Assembly: GCA_963667845.2 (NCBI GenBank)
Contig: CAXXVL010000002.1
Location: forward strand, 1,440,001 to 1,504,000
DNA from: Smithellaceae bacterium
GTDB lineage: Bacteria > Desulfobacterota > Syntrophia > Syntrophales > Smithellaceae
Length of the DNA: 64,000 nt
Reading direction: 5' to 3'
Both the position numbers and the translations under genes were made by a program. Every line of letters begins with the position of its first letter. Position 1 is the first letter of the stretch. Positions 47,930 to 58,306 of the stretch are shown here, one piece after another. Under the pieces are notes generated by a model. The model worked only from the letters and a program-made list of their open reading frames with translations, was not told the DNA's origin and did not search any database.

Positions 47930-50900
47930 ATGCCGCAGCCCAGATACCCCATAAGATGGTCGATCGTTGTTGTCACTGCCCTCGTTGTGGGGTTGTTGTT
48001 TTTCTGGGAAACCAGCCGGCTGAATATTGAAACGGATATTCTGGAATCCTTGCCGCACCAGGATCCGGTGCTGGCGGCTGCCCGTCAGGTGATCAGCCGC
48101 CTGCCCATTCAAGATAAAATATTCATTGATCTGGAGCAAACGTCCGATGACCGGGACAAACTGGTTCGGGCCGGATCTATCGTCACAGACCGATTGAGCC
48201 GAAGCGGTTTATTCAACAAGGTTGGGATCAGTGACGAAGCGGGGATTTTCCCCGAGATGATTGCGCACGTCGGCAACAACCTGCCGTTGCTATTTAACCG
48301 AGAAGATCTGGACCAGAAAATCCGGCCGCTTCTGGAACCTGCCAGAATCCGTGAGGCCATGGAGCAGAACCGTCAGGGGCTGGAACAGTTGGAAGGGATT
48401 GGCCGGTCGGAAATGATGGCCAGGGACCCGCTGGGGTTTTCCGGCATTATTCTGGGACAAATGTCCGCCCTGCTTCCGGCCAACAAAGCGCAGTTCTATT
48501 CGGGGCAGCTCGTGTCCGCCGACGGCAGGCATGCGCTTATCATTGCGCGGATTGCCGGTTCGGGAACCGATACATCCAAGGCGGCCCGGATTGAAAAACT
48601 TTTGGACGATTGTCGCCGCGCACTTGCCGCCGATTCAACTTTAAAAGATCACTACGTACTGACGCCGGTGGGGGCATACCGTGCCGCGCTGGATAACGAA
48701 ACCATCGCCAAACGCGATACCCGGCTGGCAATCGTACTCACGACGCTCGGAATTGCGCTTTTGCTGATCTTCGCTTTCCCCCGTCCGTTCGTCGGACTCC
48801 TGGCACTGCTGCCGTCAACCGTCGGGGCGATCGCCGCTTTTTTAGTGTGCTCTTTTTTGTTCAAATCCATGTCGATGCTGGCGGTGGGTTTCGGCGGAGC
48901 GATCATGGCTTTTACGGTTGACCTGGGGATCACCTATCTCTTGTATCTGGATCAGCCTTATGCCACGAAGGGAAAACAGGTGGCGCGCGAAGTCTGGTCG
49001 GCGGAACTGCTGTCGGTGCTGACCACCGTCGGTGCATTCCTGCTGCTTCTGGTCAGCGACTTTAAAATCCTGGCCCAGATCGGCGTCTTTTCCGCTCTGG
49101 GCGTGACGTTCGCACTCATTTTTGTTCATTTTGTTTTTCCGAATATCTTCCCGGCCATGCCGCCCTCCAAACGCCGGACCAACCGCTTCCTTCTTGCTGC
49201 GATTATAAAAGTCGCCGCCTCCGCGAAATGGAAACTGGCCGCCGCCGTTATCTTCGGTTTGATCATGCTGCTTTTTGCCAAACCGGTTTTTAATGTCGAT
49301 CTGCAGGCCATGAATTCCGTGAGCCCAGATACCATCAGCGCTGAAAATAAGCTGCGGGAGACGTGGGGCAATCTTTCCGGCAAGTGTTATATTTTGCTTA
49401 CGGGATCAAGCGTTGCGGAGTTGCAGAAAAAGGATGAGCGGTTGATGACCTTCCTGGCAGGCGACGTGCAGAAAGAAAAACTGGCCCCGGTATTTCTGCC
49501 ATCCGCTTTGTTCCCGCCACAGGTGCAGGCGCAAAGCAATCTGGCGGCCTGGCAGAGTTTCTGGAGTCAAGACCGAGTAGCCGAGTTAAAGCGCAACCTG
49601 GATCGGGCGGCGCGGGAAAACGGCTTTGCGCCGGACGCTTTCGGGCCTTTCTGGAAAATGATTCACGAGCGCTCGCCCCGCACTTTTGTTGTGCCGCCAA
49701 AATATTTTGAAATGCTCGGCATTGCCAAAACGGCTGATGGGTACTCTCAATTAAGTCTGCTTTCTACCGGGAAAAATTACAGCGCCGAAGATTTCTTCGC
49801 CAGGCTCTCTGCGACGGGACTCGCGAGCCTTTTTGACGCCGATTTGTTTAACAAAAGGCTGGGAGAATTTCTGAAGAATATTTTTCTGGAAATCGCTCTG
49901 ATCACCAGCATCGGCCTCGTGCTGGTGATCTTTTTGTTTTTTCTGGACTGGCGGATATCGCTTGCGGCGCTCGCCCCTACCGCCTTTGCGCTTTCGGCCA
50001 CCCTGGGCACGTTGAAGATTATCGGCCATCCGCTCGATATCCCCGGCATCATGCTCTGGATTGTCATCATGGGCATGGGGATTGATTACACGGTCTATTA
50101 CATCTGCACGTACCAGCGCTATATCGACGAAAATCATCCGGCCATGCATACCATCAAACTGGCGATGTTTCTGGCCGCTTTTACCACCCTGATCGGTTTC
50201 GGCGTATTGATATTCGCCAAGCATACGCTTTTGCGGAGCATCGGAATTGTCTCTTTCCTGGGTATCGGTTATTCGCTGATCGGCGCTTACTTTATTCTCC
50301 CGACCCTGATGGGCAGGATATTTGCTCCCCTTCAATATCCGACGGGCGAATTGGTGATTGGTTCCAAAGAACATTTGCGCCGGACGCTTTTGCGCTACCG
50401 GCATCTGCCGGGATATCCGCGGATATTTGCGCGGTTTAAAATCATGCTCGACCCGATGTTCCGCGAGCTTCATCAGTATGTGCAAAATCCGCGGCGGATC
50501 ATCGATGTCGGGTGCGGTTATGGCGTTCCGGCCGTCTGGCTTTTGGAAATTTATCCCCGGGCGAAAGTGTTCGGTCTGGACCCGGATGAGGAGAGAGTGC
50601 TGATTGCCAACCGCGTCATCGGCGAACGCGGATTTGTGCAGACAGGACTTGCACCCGACCTGCCTCACGTCGACGGCCCGGTGGATTATGTGACCATGCT
50701 GGATATGCTGCATTATCTTGACGACGCAGCATTGCGGCTGGTTTTGGGGCGTATTTATGAGAAGCTTGAGGCCGGCGGGACGCTCTTGATCCGGGCGACC
50801 ATTCCCTCGGGCAGAAAGGTACCCTGGAAACGCTGGATCGAGGCCTTGCATCTCAAACTGATCAAAACCCCGGAACGTTTCCGCCTGGAGAATGAAATTG

Positions 50901-50995
50901 CCGGATTCATGTCCGCCGCCGGATTTGAAGTTGAAGTCCATCAATCACCGACACCCGGTGTAGAAGAAAAGTGGTTTGTAGGAAGGAAGGGATAA
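47930..50995 (+). CDS. MMPL/RND-family exporter fused to a C-terminal class I SAM methyltransferase
   Basis: Two TM bundles, RDPLG, GMGIDY, TTLIGFG; C-terminal IIDVGCGYG and DMLHYL. Confidence 0.88.
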   Translation: MPQPRYPIRWSIVVVTALVVGLLFFWETSRLNIETDILESLPHQDPVLAAARQVISRLPIQDKIFIDLEQTSDDRDKLVRAGSIVTDRLSRSGLFNKVGISDEAGIFPEMIAHVGNNLPLLFNREDLDQKIRPLLEPARIREAMEQNRQGLEQLEGIGRSEMMARDPLGFSGIILGQMSALLPANKAQFYSGQLVSADGRHALIIARIAGSGTDTSKAARIEKLLDDCRRALAADSTLKDHYVLTPVGAYRAALDNETIAKRDTRLAIVLTTLGIALLLIFAFPRPFVGLLALLPSTVGAIAAFLVCSFLFKSMSMLAVGFGGAIMAFTVDLGITYLLYLDQPYATKGKQVAREVWSAELLSVLTTVGAFLLLLVSDFKILAQIGVFSALGVTFALIFVHFVFPNIFPAMPPSKRRTNRFLLAAIIKVAASAKWKLAAAVIFGLIMLLFAKPVFNVDLQAMNSVSPDTISAENKLRETWGNLSGKCYILLTGSSVAELQKKDERLMTFLAGDVQKEKLAPVFLPSALFPPQVQAQSNLAAWQSFWSQDRVAELKRNLDRAARENGFAPDAFGPFWKMIHERSPRTFVVPPKYFEMLGIAKTADGYSQLSLLSTGKNYSAEDFFARLSATGLASLFDADLFNKRLGEFLKNIFLEIALITSIGLVLVIFLFFLDWRISLAALAPTAFALSATLGTLKIIGHPLDIPGIMLWIVIMGMGIDYTVYYICTYQRYIDENHPAMHTIKLAMFLAAFTTLIGFGVLIFAKHTLLRSIGIVSFLGIGYSLIGAYFILPTLMGRIFAPLQYPTGELVIGSKEHLRRTLLRYRHLPGYPRIFARFKIMLDPMFRELHQYVQNPRRIIDVGCGYGVPAVWLLEIYPRAKVFGLDPDEERVLIANRVIGERGFVQTGLAPDLPHVDGPVDYVTMLDMLHYLDDAALRLVLGRIYEKLEAGGTLLIRATIPSGRKVPWKRWIEALHLKLIKTPERFRLENEIAGFMSAAGFEVEVHQSPTPGVEEKWFVGRKG

Positions 50996-51028
50996 AGGTT
51001 CAAGGTACAAGGTTCAAGGTACAAGGAA
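50987..51028 (+). repeat. Heptamer repeats at the MMPL stop
   Basis: GGAT AAAGGTT CAAGGTA CAAGGTT CAAGGTA CAAGGAA. Confidence 0.85.
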
Positions 51029-51113
51029 AGATTGGAGGCTCAAGGGAAAAGGACCTGAAATGTTATTGGGACTAACCCCTGACAAGGGGGTGGCAATCTA
51101 AAGGAGGTGCAAA

Positions 51114-52829
51114 ATGTACGAGCAGAAACCGTGGTTGAAGTTTTATCAGCATGTACCTGAGAGCATCGATTATCCCCGTGTCACCATGTATGAAGCGCTG
51201 GCACAAACCGCAAAACAGAATCCCGATTCAATCGCTTTCGACTTCCTCGGCACCACCTCGACCTACCGCCAGTTTATGGCCGAGATTGACCAATGCGCTA
51301 ATGCCCTTGCCGCACTCGGTCTGCAAAAAGGGGAACGCATCACGATCTCGATGCCGACCTCGCCGCAGGGGATCATCTGCTTTTATGCCGCGAACAAACT
51401 GGGCGCCGTCTCCTCAATGATCCATCCGCTCTCCACGGCGAAGGAAATAGAATTCTATCTCAATGTGGCCAAAAGCCGCTTTGCCCTGACGCTCGATGCC
51501 TTTTACGCCAAATTCAAAGAAGTTCAAAAGACGACGCCGCTCACCACGCTTATCCTCGCGCGGATCCCCGATTACCTGGGTTTCGTGAAGAAGATCGGTT
51601 TCAACCTGACCAAAGGCCGGCTGATACCGAAGGTGCCCGAAGACCCGCTGGTCAGATGGTGGGCCGATCTGATGCATGCCAATTATCCGGTTGCGCCGCA
51701 GGCGCCAATGGATACGGACGAGCTCGCCGTGATTCTTTACAGCGGCGGGACCACGGGCGTGCCCAAGGGGATCATGCTCTCCAACATGAATTTCATCTCC
51801 GAGGGGATGCAGGTCTCTCAGTGGGGGAAGCTCTCGGGCGCGGATTCCATCCTGGCCATTCTGCCGATCTTCCACGGCTTCGGCCTGGGGGTTTGCATCA
51901 ATGCCTGTTTCATGGGCGGCGGAAAAAGCATTCTGGTGCCGACGTTTACGCCGGAGACGGTGGCCGATCTGATCCGTTCGCGAAAACCCTCGTTTGTCAT
52001 CGGCGTGCCTACCCTCTACGATGCGTTGTCGCGCAATCCCAAGATGCAGAAGGCCGACCTCAGTTGCCTGCGGGCGACCTTCTCGGGCGCCGATACGCTG
52101 CCGCGGCCGGTTAAAGAACGGTTTGAGGGGATGGTCAAACAACAGGGCGGCAATGTCCAGCTTCTGGAAGGCTATGGATTGACCGAGGCGGTCACCGCGA
52201 TTATGGCGACGCCGCTCGGGAGCTACCGTGAAGGCAGTGTCGGTGTGCCGTTCCCTGATATGCTGGCCAAGATTGTGAAATCCGGGACCACCGACGAAGC
52301 CGCCGTCGGCGAGGAAGGCGAAATCTGCGTCGCCGGCCCTGCCGTTATGATGGGCTATCTTGACCAGCCCGGGGAAACCGCCGATACGCTGAGAAAGCAT
52401 GCGGACGGCCGGACTTGGCTTCACACCGGCGACATCGGCAGCATGGATACCGACGGATTCTTTTACTTTAAACTGCGGCTGAAGCGGATGATCAAGTCCT
52501 CCGGCATGAACGTCTATCCCGCCCAGGTGGAAGAAATTCTCTACAAGCATCCGAAAGTGAAGGATGCCTGCGTGATCGGCGTTCCCGATGAAGCGCAGGT
52601 TCAGACCGTGAAAGCGTTTGTCGTCCTGAAGAACCCAGGCGAAGCGAGCACCGAAACGGAAAAGGAACTGATCAACTACTGCCGTGACCAGTTGATCAAG
52701 TGGAGCTGCCCCCGTTCCATCGAGTTCCGGGAAGACCTCCCCAAAACCCTCGTCGGGAAGATCGCTTACAACGCACTGGAAAAAGATGAGATCGCGAAGC
52801 TGAAGGCCGAAGGGAAGTTCGCGGGGTGA
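51114..52829 (+). CDS. Long-chain fatty acid-CoA ligase
   Basis: YSGGTTGVPKG, LPIFHGFGL, EGYGLTE, WLHTGD, LPKTLVGK. Confidence 0.92.
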   Translation: MYEQKPWLKFYQHVPESIDYPRVTMYEALAQTAKQNPDSIAFDFLGTTSTYRQFMAEIDQCANALAALGLQKGERITISMPTSPQGIICFYAANKLGAVSSMIHPLSTAKEIEFYLNVAKSRFALTLDAFYAKFKEVQKTTPLTTLILARIPDYLGFVKKIGFNLTKGRLIPKVPEDPLVRWWADLMHANYPVAPQAPMDTDELAVILYSGGTTGVPKGIMLSNMNFISEGMQVSQWGKLSGADSILAILPIFHGFGLGVCINACFMGGGKSILVPTFTPETVADLIRSRKPSFVIGVPTLYDALSRNPKMQKADLSCLRATFSGADTLPRPVKERFEGMVKQQGGNVQLLEGYGLTEAVTAIMATPLGSYREGSVGVPFPDMLAKIVKSGTTDEAAVGEEGEICVAGPAVMMGYLDQPGETADTLRKHADGRTWLHTGDIGSMDTDGFFYFKLRLKRMIKSSGMNVYPAQVEEILYKHPKVKDACVIGVPDEAQVQTVKAFVVLKNPGEASTETEKELINYCRDQLIKWSCPRSIEFREDLPKTLVGKIAYNALEKDEIAKLKAEGKFAG

Positions 52830-52854
52830 CGGAAAAGCATATTAGACTGTAGGC

Positions 52855-52906
52855 TGTATCCTTTTAGGATACATCGCAGGGAACAGTTCAAAACTGTTCC
52901 CTGCGA
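52855..52906. terminator. Tandem hairpins between convergent genes (terminator or REP-like)
   Basis: TGTATCC-TTTTA-GGATACA followed by the 15-bp stem TCGCAGGGAACAGTT-CAA-AACTGTTCCCTGCGA. Confidence 0.55.
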
Positions 52907-53029
52907 CGCCCGGTCTGACGATTTGATTTATCCCGCAGGCGGCACAGGGAATACTCTTCGCAGTGCAGCAGAAGGACTATCTCCCGCTCATTAAATCCAA
53001 ATGTCCATTCATTCGCTGCGCCGTTCGTC

Positions 53030-54178
53030 TCAGTTATTGGGGTTTCTTCTCATCGTGATGTGATTCACCGTTTTATAGCCGCGGATCATACCGTGAGCAC
53101 TTCCCTCCAATTCATCGTTCTTGAATACAAACTGAAATTTACGATTTTGCAGCTTAAATTCCAGTTTCGGGTCCGGATCGGAGGCAAGAGCCGCCGAGAC
53201 CTGATGTTCCTCGATTCCGGTATCTTTTCTGTTCACCGTGTACGTGCAGCGCGCCTTGGCCCCGGAGGCGTCAATTTCATGGATGATCAATATGCAAGTA
53301 TCTCCCTGAAGGCCCGACCACTCACCGCTCTATCGACCGATCAGAACGTGCTGTTTCTCGCTTTTAGATTCCTCGGGCGGAGGAATGGACAGTGCCACAC
53401 GGAAACCGCAAAAACTCAAATGAAAGCGGGACGGATTCTTGATCCGGCGTGCGGATCTGGCCGCAGCTGCGTCAAAGGCCCACGAGCCGCCCCGCAAAAC
53501 GCGGAAGCTCCAGTAATCGGAGCCCTGAATCACGGGCCCCTGCGGATTTTGCTCCGGACTGGATTTGTAATAGTCGGATGCGTACCAGTCCATGCACCAT
53601 TCCCAGACGTTGCCGCTCATGTCATACAGCCCCCAGGCGTTGGGAAGCTTCGACCCCACCGGATGGAGTCGGCTGCCCGAGTTCTTATCGTACCAGCAAT
53701 AATCGCCGTTAAAACGATCGCCCCAGTGATAAGTTGTTGTACTGCCGGCGCGGGCGGCATACTCCCACTCCGCTTCATAAGGAAGCCGCGCTTTCACTTT
53801 ATTTTTCTCACTGAATTTCCTGCAGAATTCCATTGCGTCCTGCCAGCTGACGCTCTCCACCGGCAGATTGTCGCCCTTTAAGCGGCTTGGATTTTCACCC
53901 ATAACGTCACGGTACTGTTTCTGCGTCACTTCGTATATCCCCATATAGAACGGATCAAGCGTGACCCGGTGCCGGGGTTTTTCGTCGTCCTGTTGGGCGT
54001 TTTCAGGTGAACCCATCATGAAAGAGCCCCCCGGCAGTTTGACGAATTTGATTCCGCCGATCTGCTTTGTCTCCAGATGCGGCGTCTGCTCCTGTTTCTC
54101 TTGTCCAGAGGCCTGCCATGAAAGAAAAATACTCCCCGCCAGGATCACCGCCATTCTTAAAATGTCAACTTTTTTCAT
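53030..54178 (-). pseudogene. Secreted FGE-sulfatase-domain protein interrupted by one in-frame TAG
   Basis: F.MGS, EVTQ, PVESVSW, RLPYEAEWEYAAR, NAWGLYDMSGNVWEW, GFRV; ORF 53030-53290 is in frame across the TAG at 53330-53332. Confidence 0.75.
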
Positions 54179-54835
54179 TTTCCTCCTCCTTTCACGGTGG
54201 GCGTTGTATGCGGTTTTTTGCTTGATTCATAGCCATCTCTTTTCGGCTTTTGCTATGCCGGAGAATTGTATAGTCAGCATATCAGCCAAAACCTAGCCGA
54301 CATGAGGCCCCATGGACCAAACAAAATTCATGGGGCCGAACCTATCGGCAATTTTTGTAGCATCCCTTTCATGTCTTACTCCGATGATGCTGACAGTTTT
54401 CTGACCGATGACCGTCTGGAAATCAGCAGGAGAGGGTGCCTTGCGCTCTGATGAGAAAAGATTAGATGGCGAATAGACCGTTCAAATAAGTGAGGCAATA
54501 AATCATTGAGGTGCTCTTAGTTTATTACCAAATTGCTGATAAATCAAGATCGACATGAAACTTTGAGACAGGCCAAGTGCCGCGGTAACAGAAGGTGCAT
54601 TAATATATTGATTTTATTACCAACCATTCAATATCAACCCTTCCCGCAGAAATAGTATCCGACACGGGGAGAAAGCACCGCATTGAGTGGGCCTTTGTCC
54701 TTAACTTGTATGATGGTTTGTCTGACAAATTTATCCCGGACGTTGATAAAAAACTGTTGCTTAACTGACATAATTGCATTTAATACGGTCAGCACTGTAA
54801 CTCTATTCGTGGTTTGTTGCTGAAGCGGGAGCATC

Positions 54836-55726
54836 GTGAAAAAATTATTTTACAAAGTGGCGCTTTTTGGGTCGCACACCTTGGGGGTGTGGTTCTTCCG
54901 GACGTTTTCCTGGTGCATCGCGACAGGATATTTCTTTCTCTTTCCGGGGCGGGTATCGGACAGCCTGAAATTTTACCGGGCGCTGTTTCCCGCGCGCGGT
55001 CATGCCTATCATTTGTACTGCGTCTGGAAGCAGTTCCACAACTTCACCGACGTTTACATTCATCGTTTTATCCCCTGGGCGGCCGAGCAGGCTGTCATCA
55101 CGCGCGAAGGCTTCGAGCATCTGGACCGCGCCGTGGCCGACAAGACCGGTGCGATCATCGTCATGTCGCACATCGGCAACTGGGAGCTCGCGGCGCAGAA
55201 GCTGCACCAGAAAGGTTTGCCGATCATGCTCTACCTCGGTGCCAAGCATAAGGAGCAGGTCGAAAAGATCCAGAAAGAAAAACTTGCCGATGCGGGTATC
55301 AAAATTGTCGCCACCGATGAAAAGGAGAAATCACCTTTTGCACTTTTGGAAGGGATCAATTTTCTGCGCGACGGTGGCATCGTGTCCATGACCGGCGACC
55401 GGATTTGGGGCGACCAGACGTCCGTCACTGTCAACTTTCTGGGCCATGAAGCCCGTCTGCCGGATACACCCCACTTATTTGCTCTCATGACGGGCGCGCC
55501 GCTGATGACCTTCTTTGTCTATGAAGCAGCGCCGGGTCATTATCATATCACGGTGTCGGCGGGACGGAAGGTGGTGGCTGCAAAACGCGCCGACCGCCAG
55601 AAGGCGGTCCTCGGCTCGGTTCAGGCCTACGCCGATGATCTGGCCCGCTTCGCTGCGGCGCACCCTTTCGAGTGGCACCACTTCGAGCCGTTTCTTGGCG
55701 ATAAAATCAATAAAAACAATAATTAG
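54836..55726 (+). CDS. LpxL/LpxP-family acyltransferase
   Basis: SHIGNWE, GDR, FLG, HPFEWHHF. Confidence 0.88.
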   Translation: MKKLFYKVALFGSHTLGVWFFRTFSWCIATGYFFLFPGRVSDSLKFYRALFPARGHAYHLYCVWKQFHNFTDVYIHRFIPWAAEQAVITREGFEHLDRAVADKTGAIIVMSHIGNWELAAQKLHQKGLPIMLYLGAKHKEQVEKIQKEKLADAGIKIVATDEKEKSPFALLEGINFLRDGGIVSMTGDRIWGDQTSVTVNFLGHEARLPDTPHLFALMTGAPLMTFFVYEAAPGHYHITVSAGRKVVAAKRADRQKAVLGSVQAYADDLARFAAAHPFEWHHFEPFLGDKINKNNN

Positions 55727-55784
55727 TCGCGGGTTCAGAATTTTCTTTGCGCTATGTTCATTTTAGTATAAGAAGCTAGAACCA

Positions 55785-55886
55785 ATCAACCACCTCGCAA
55801 CAAGCTCGCGAGGTATGAAATGAATGTCATTGTTTCGCAGCAAGCGACAGGGAATTAACGCTCGTCCCCAAGTGAGCGGGACTAAA
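55785..55886 (+). mobile_element. ~100-bp dispersed hairpin element, copy 5
   Basis: Same family; about 20 bp upstream of the next GTG. Confidence 0.65.
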
Positions 55887-55907
55887 TGCTAACGTCGGGA
55901 GTCGGCA

Positions 55908-56303
55908 GTGAAAGTCAACGAAGTGCCACAGGACATTACGTATTACAACGGTGAAAAACGAGCCTGCTACGCCCTCAATGACGAGGGCAAATACGTTATT
56001 GTGACGAGCACCGGATGGAATGACGAAGCCGTGGTCAACGGCCTTGCCGTTTCCGAACTGGCGGCGGCGCTTGAGGAAACCAGGAAGGCGGTGCTTGCCG
56101 GCACGAAAAGTCCGCTGTGTTATCACATGGAGCGGCGGCAGATGAACCCGGACATTCTCGGCAAGACGGCCGGGGTTGCGGCGTTTCGCGTCAAAAGGCA
56201 TTTCCGTCCGGAGGTATTCGTAAAACTCGGGCCGTCCATTCTGGCCCGGTATGCCAGGGCGCTGGCCGTGACGGTTCAGGAACTCAAAACCGTGCCGCAC
56301 TAA
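55908..56303 (+). CDS. Conserved small protein resembling those preceding BtrH-like genes in flexirubin-type loci
   Basis: MKVNEVPQD, YA..DEGKY, STGW, SPL.YHME, RVKRH.RP; recognised from memory only. Confidence 0.65.
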   Translation: MKVNEVPQDITYYNGEKRACYALNDEGKYVIVTSTGWNDEAVVNGLAVSELAAALEETRKAVLAGTKSPLCYHMERRQMNPDILGKTAGVAAFRVKRHFRPEVFVKLGPSILARYARALAVTVQELKTVPH

Positions 56304-56329
56304 TCCCCAGGGAAGGTAACCAATTATTA

Positions 56330-57364
56330 ATGACCACAGAGATCACAGCCACCGGCAGGCCTTTTATCCATCATCATTCCTCGCACTGCGAAAGCGGTGT
56401 TGTTTCCGCCTTGTTTCGTGATCAGGGCGTCGAACTTTCCGAAGCGATGGTTTTCGGTATCGGCAGCGGCATTTACTTCGGATATCTCCCGTTTATCAAG
56501 TGGGTCGGACTGCCGATCACGACCTATCGCGCCCGCCCCGGAGCGCTCATTTCGAAGGTCGCCGGCCGTTTGGGGGCGAAGTTTGTCACGAAAAGATACC
56601 GCAACGTGCAAAAGGGCATGGATGAAATGCGCCGCCTGCTCCGGGAAGGGCACGTCGTCGGGCTTACGACCAACATCTATTGGCTTTCGTATTTTCCCGA
56701 CCGATTCCGGTTTCAATTCAACGGACATAATATTGTCGTTCTGCGCGAAGTCGCGGGCGGGTTTCGCTTGAGCGATCCGATTCTCGAGCATCCGGTGGAC
56801 TGCCTGACCGAAGATCTCGAACGGGCGCGTTTTGCCCGGGGGCCGCTTGAGCCTAAAGGGTTCATGTATTACGCGGAGACTGTACCGGCCAATCCCGATC
56901 TGCGTCCGGCTTGTATTGAGGCGATAAAGGATTCCTGCAAGATGATGCTGAGAACGCCGTTTCCTTTTGTCGGCATTCGGGGCATCCGGTATCTGGCCAA
57001 AGCAACGATCGCCAGTGAGAAGAAACTCGGATTCAAAGATGCCTGCCGGCGGCTCGCCAATATCGTCCGCATGCAGGAGGAAGTCGGGACGGGCGGCGCC
57101 GGGTTTCGTTTCATGTATGCGGCTTTTCTGCAGGAGGCGGCTGAACTTTTCGGATCAAATGATCTCGCCGATCTTTCACGGGAGATGACGGCGATCGGCG
57201 ATGTCTGGCGGCAGTTTGCGGTCGTATCCGCGCGCATTATCAAAAAACGCGGGCAGGACGAAGAAACCTTCGCCAAGGCCGGCGGTTTGATGCTCATCTG
57301 TGCCGGGCGGGAGGAACAGCTTTTCAGGGACCTGGATAGTGTGGCAAGAAAGCTCAAGGCATGA
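56330..57364 (+). CDS. BtrH-like N-terminal domain protein (papain-like Cys hydrolase/transacylase)
   Basis: HCESGV, SEAMVFGIGSG, LSYFP, FNGHNIV, SDP, QEEVGTGGAGFRFMYAAFLQEA. Confidence 0.85.
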   Translation: MTTEITATGRPFIHHHSSHCESGVVSALFRDQGVELSEAMVFGIGSGIYFGYLPFIKWVGLPITTYRARPGALISKVAGRLGAKFVTKRYRNVQKGMDEMRRLLREGHVVGLTTNIYWLSYFPDRFRFQFNGHNIVVLREVAGGFRLSDPILEHPVDCLTEDLERARFARGPLEPKGFMYYAETVPANPDLRPACIEAIKDSCKMMLRTPFPFVGIRGIRYLAKATIASEKKLGFKDACRRLANIVRMQEEVGTGGAGFRFMYAAFLQEAAELFGSNDLADLSREMTAIGDVWRQFAVVSARIIKKRGQDEETFAKAGGLMLICAGREEQLFRDLDSVARKLKA

Positions 57365-58080
57365 ACGCACTGGACATTTCCTCGATGACTTACCGGTATG
57401 AAGGAGCTCTCGCCCCGGCATTGAGTCATTTCTCCATGTCCGCAGGCGATGGTAAGATGTCGGCGCTGCTGGGGCCCAACGGGGCGGGCAAGTCGACTTT
57501 GATGCGGATCATTACCGGGCAGTTAAGGGGATATTCGGGGGAGATTTTCATCTACGGTGTTCGAATGCCGAACCGCGATGCGCTCATGTCCATCGGGTAT
57601 GCACCGCAGCCCATCTCGCTCTATACGGCTCTCACGGCCCGGGAAAACCTGCGCTTCTTCGGAGCGATGGCCGGGATGTCGGACGAACAGATTGCGAGGC
57701 GGTCCGAAATCGTGCTGGAACAGACGGGGCTTGTCGATTATGCCCTGGAACAGGTTTCCACGTATTCGGGCGGAATGCAGCGGCGCTTGAATCTGGCGGT
57801 GGCCCTCCTGCACTCTCCCAAGCTGCTCCTGCTCGACGAACCCACGGTCGGCGTCGATCCGCAAAGCCGCTACCACATTTACGAGACCCTGATGCGACTC
57901 AACGCTTCAGGCATGACGGTCTTATTGTGCACCCATATGATGGAAGAGGCCCAGCGCCTGTGTTCCTGCGTAACGCTGGTGGATAAGGGCGAAGCGATTT
58001 TCGACGGGCCGATGGCGGATGTCGGTGATCTGGAAAAATTCTTCCTGCAGAAGACGGGGCGGGGATTGCGCGATGAGTAA
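57361..58080 (+). CDS. ABC transporter ATP-binding protein
   Basis: GPNGAGKST, YSGGMQRR, LLLDEPTVGVD. Confidence 0.95.
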   Translation: MNALDISSMTYRYEGALAPALSHFSMSAGDGKMSALLGPNGAGKSTLMRIITGQLRGYSGEIFIYGVRMPNRDALMSIGYAPQPISLYTALTARENLRFFGAMAGMSDEQIARRSEIVLEQTGLVDYALEQVSTYSGGMQRRLNLAVALLHSPKLLLLDEPTVGVDPQSRYHIYETLMRLNASGMTVLLCTHMMEEAQRLCSCVTLVDKGEAIFDGPMADVGDLEKFFLQKTGRGLRDE

Positions 58081-58306
58081 ACAGGAACGGATTCTTCGGC
58101 GCATCACTTCGTCGGCTGCGCCGGGGCTTTGAATTCGGCAGCGCGTGCGTTTCGCGCAACCTGTTTCGAAACGGAGTACGACTGTTTGGGACTTCGTTTT
58201 CTGGGAATCGCTGATCTGCGGGATTGATGGAGAGATCATCCATAATCCGTTTTTGCGATAATGGTACGGTAAGGTAAAAATTATATTGAACCCTGGTGAT
58301 GGCCAT

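Noticed and set aside
54180..54835. ncRNA in the 650-bp divergent intergenic region
   Set aside because: Only one hairpin (GGCCCCATG...CATGGGGCC) and no known family signature.
58073..58306. 19-aa ORF and ~225-bp gap between the ABC ATPase and permease
   Set aside because: No repeat, structure or homology recognised; possibly an insertion scar or internal promoter.
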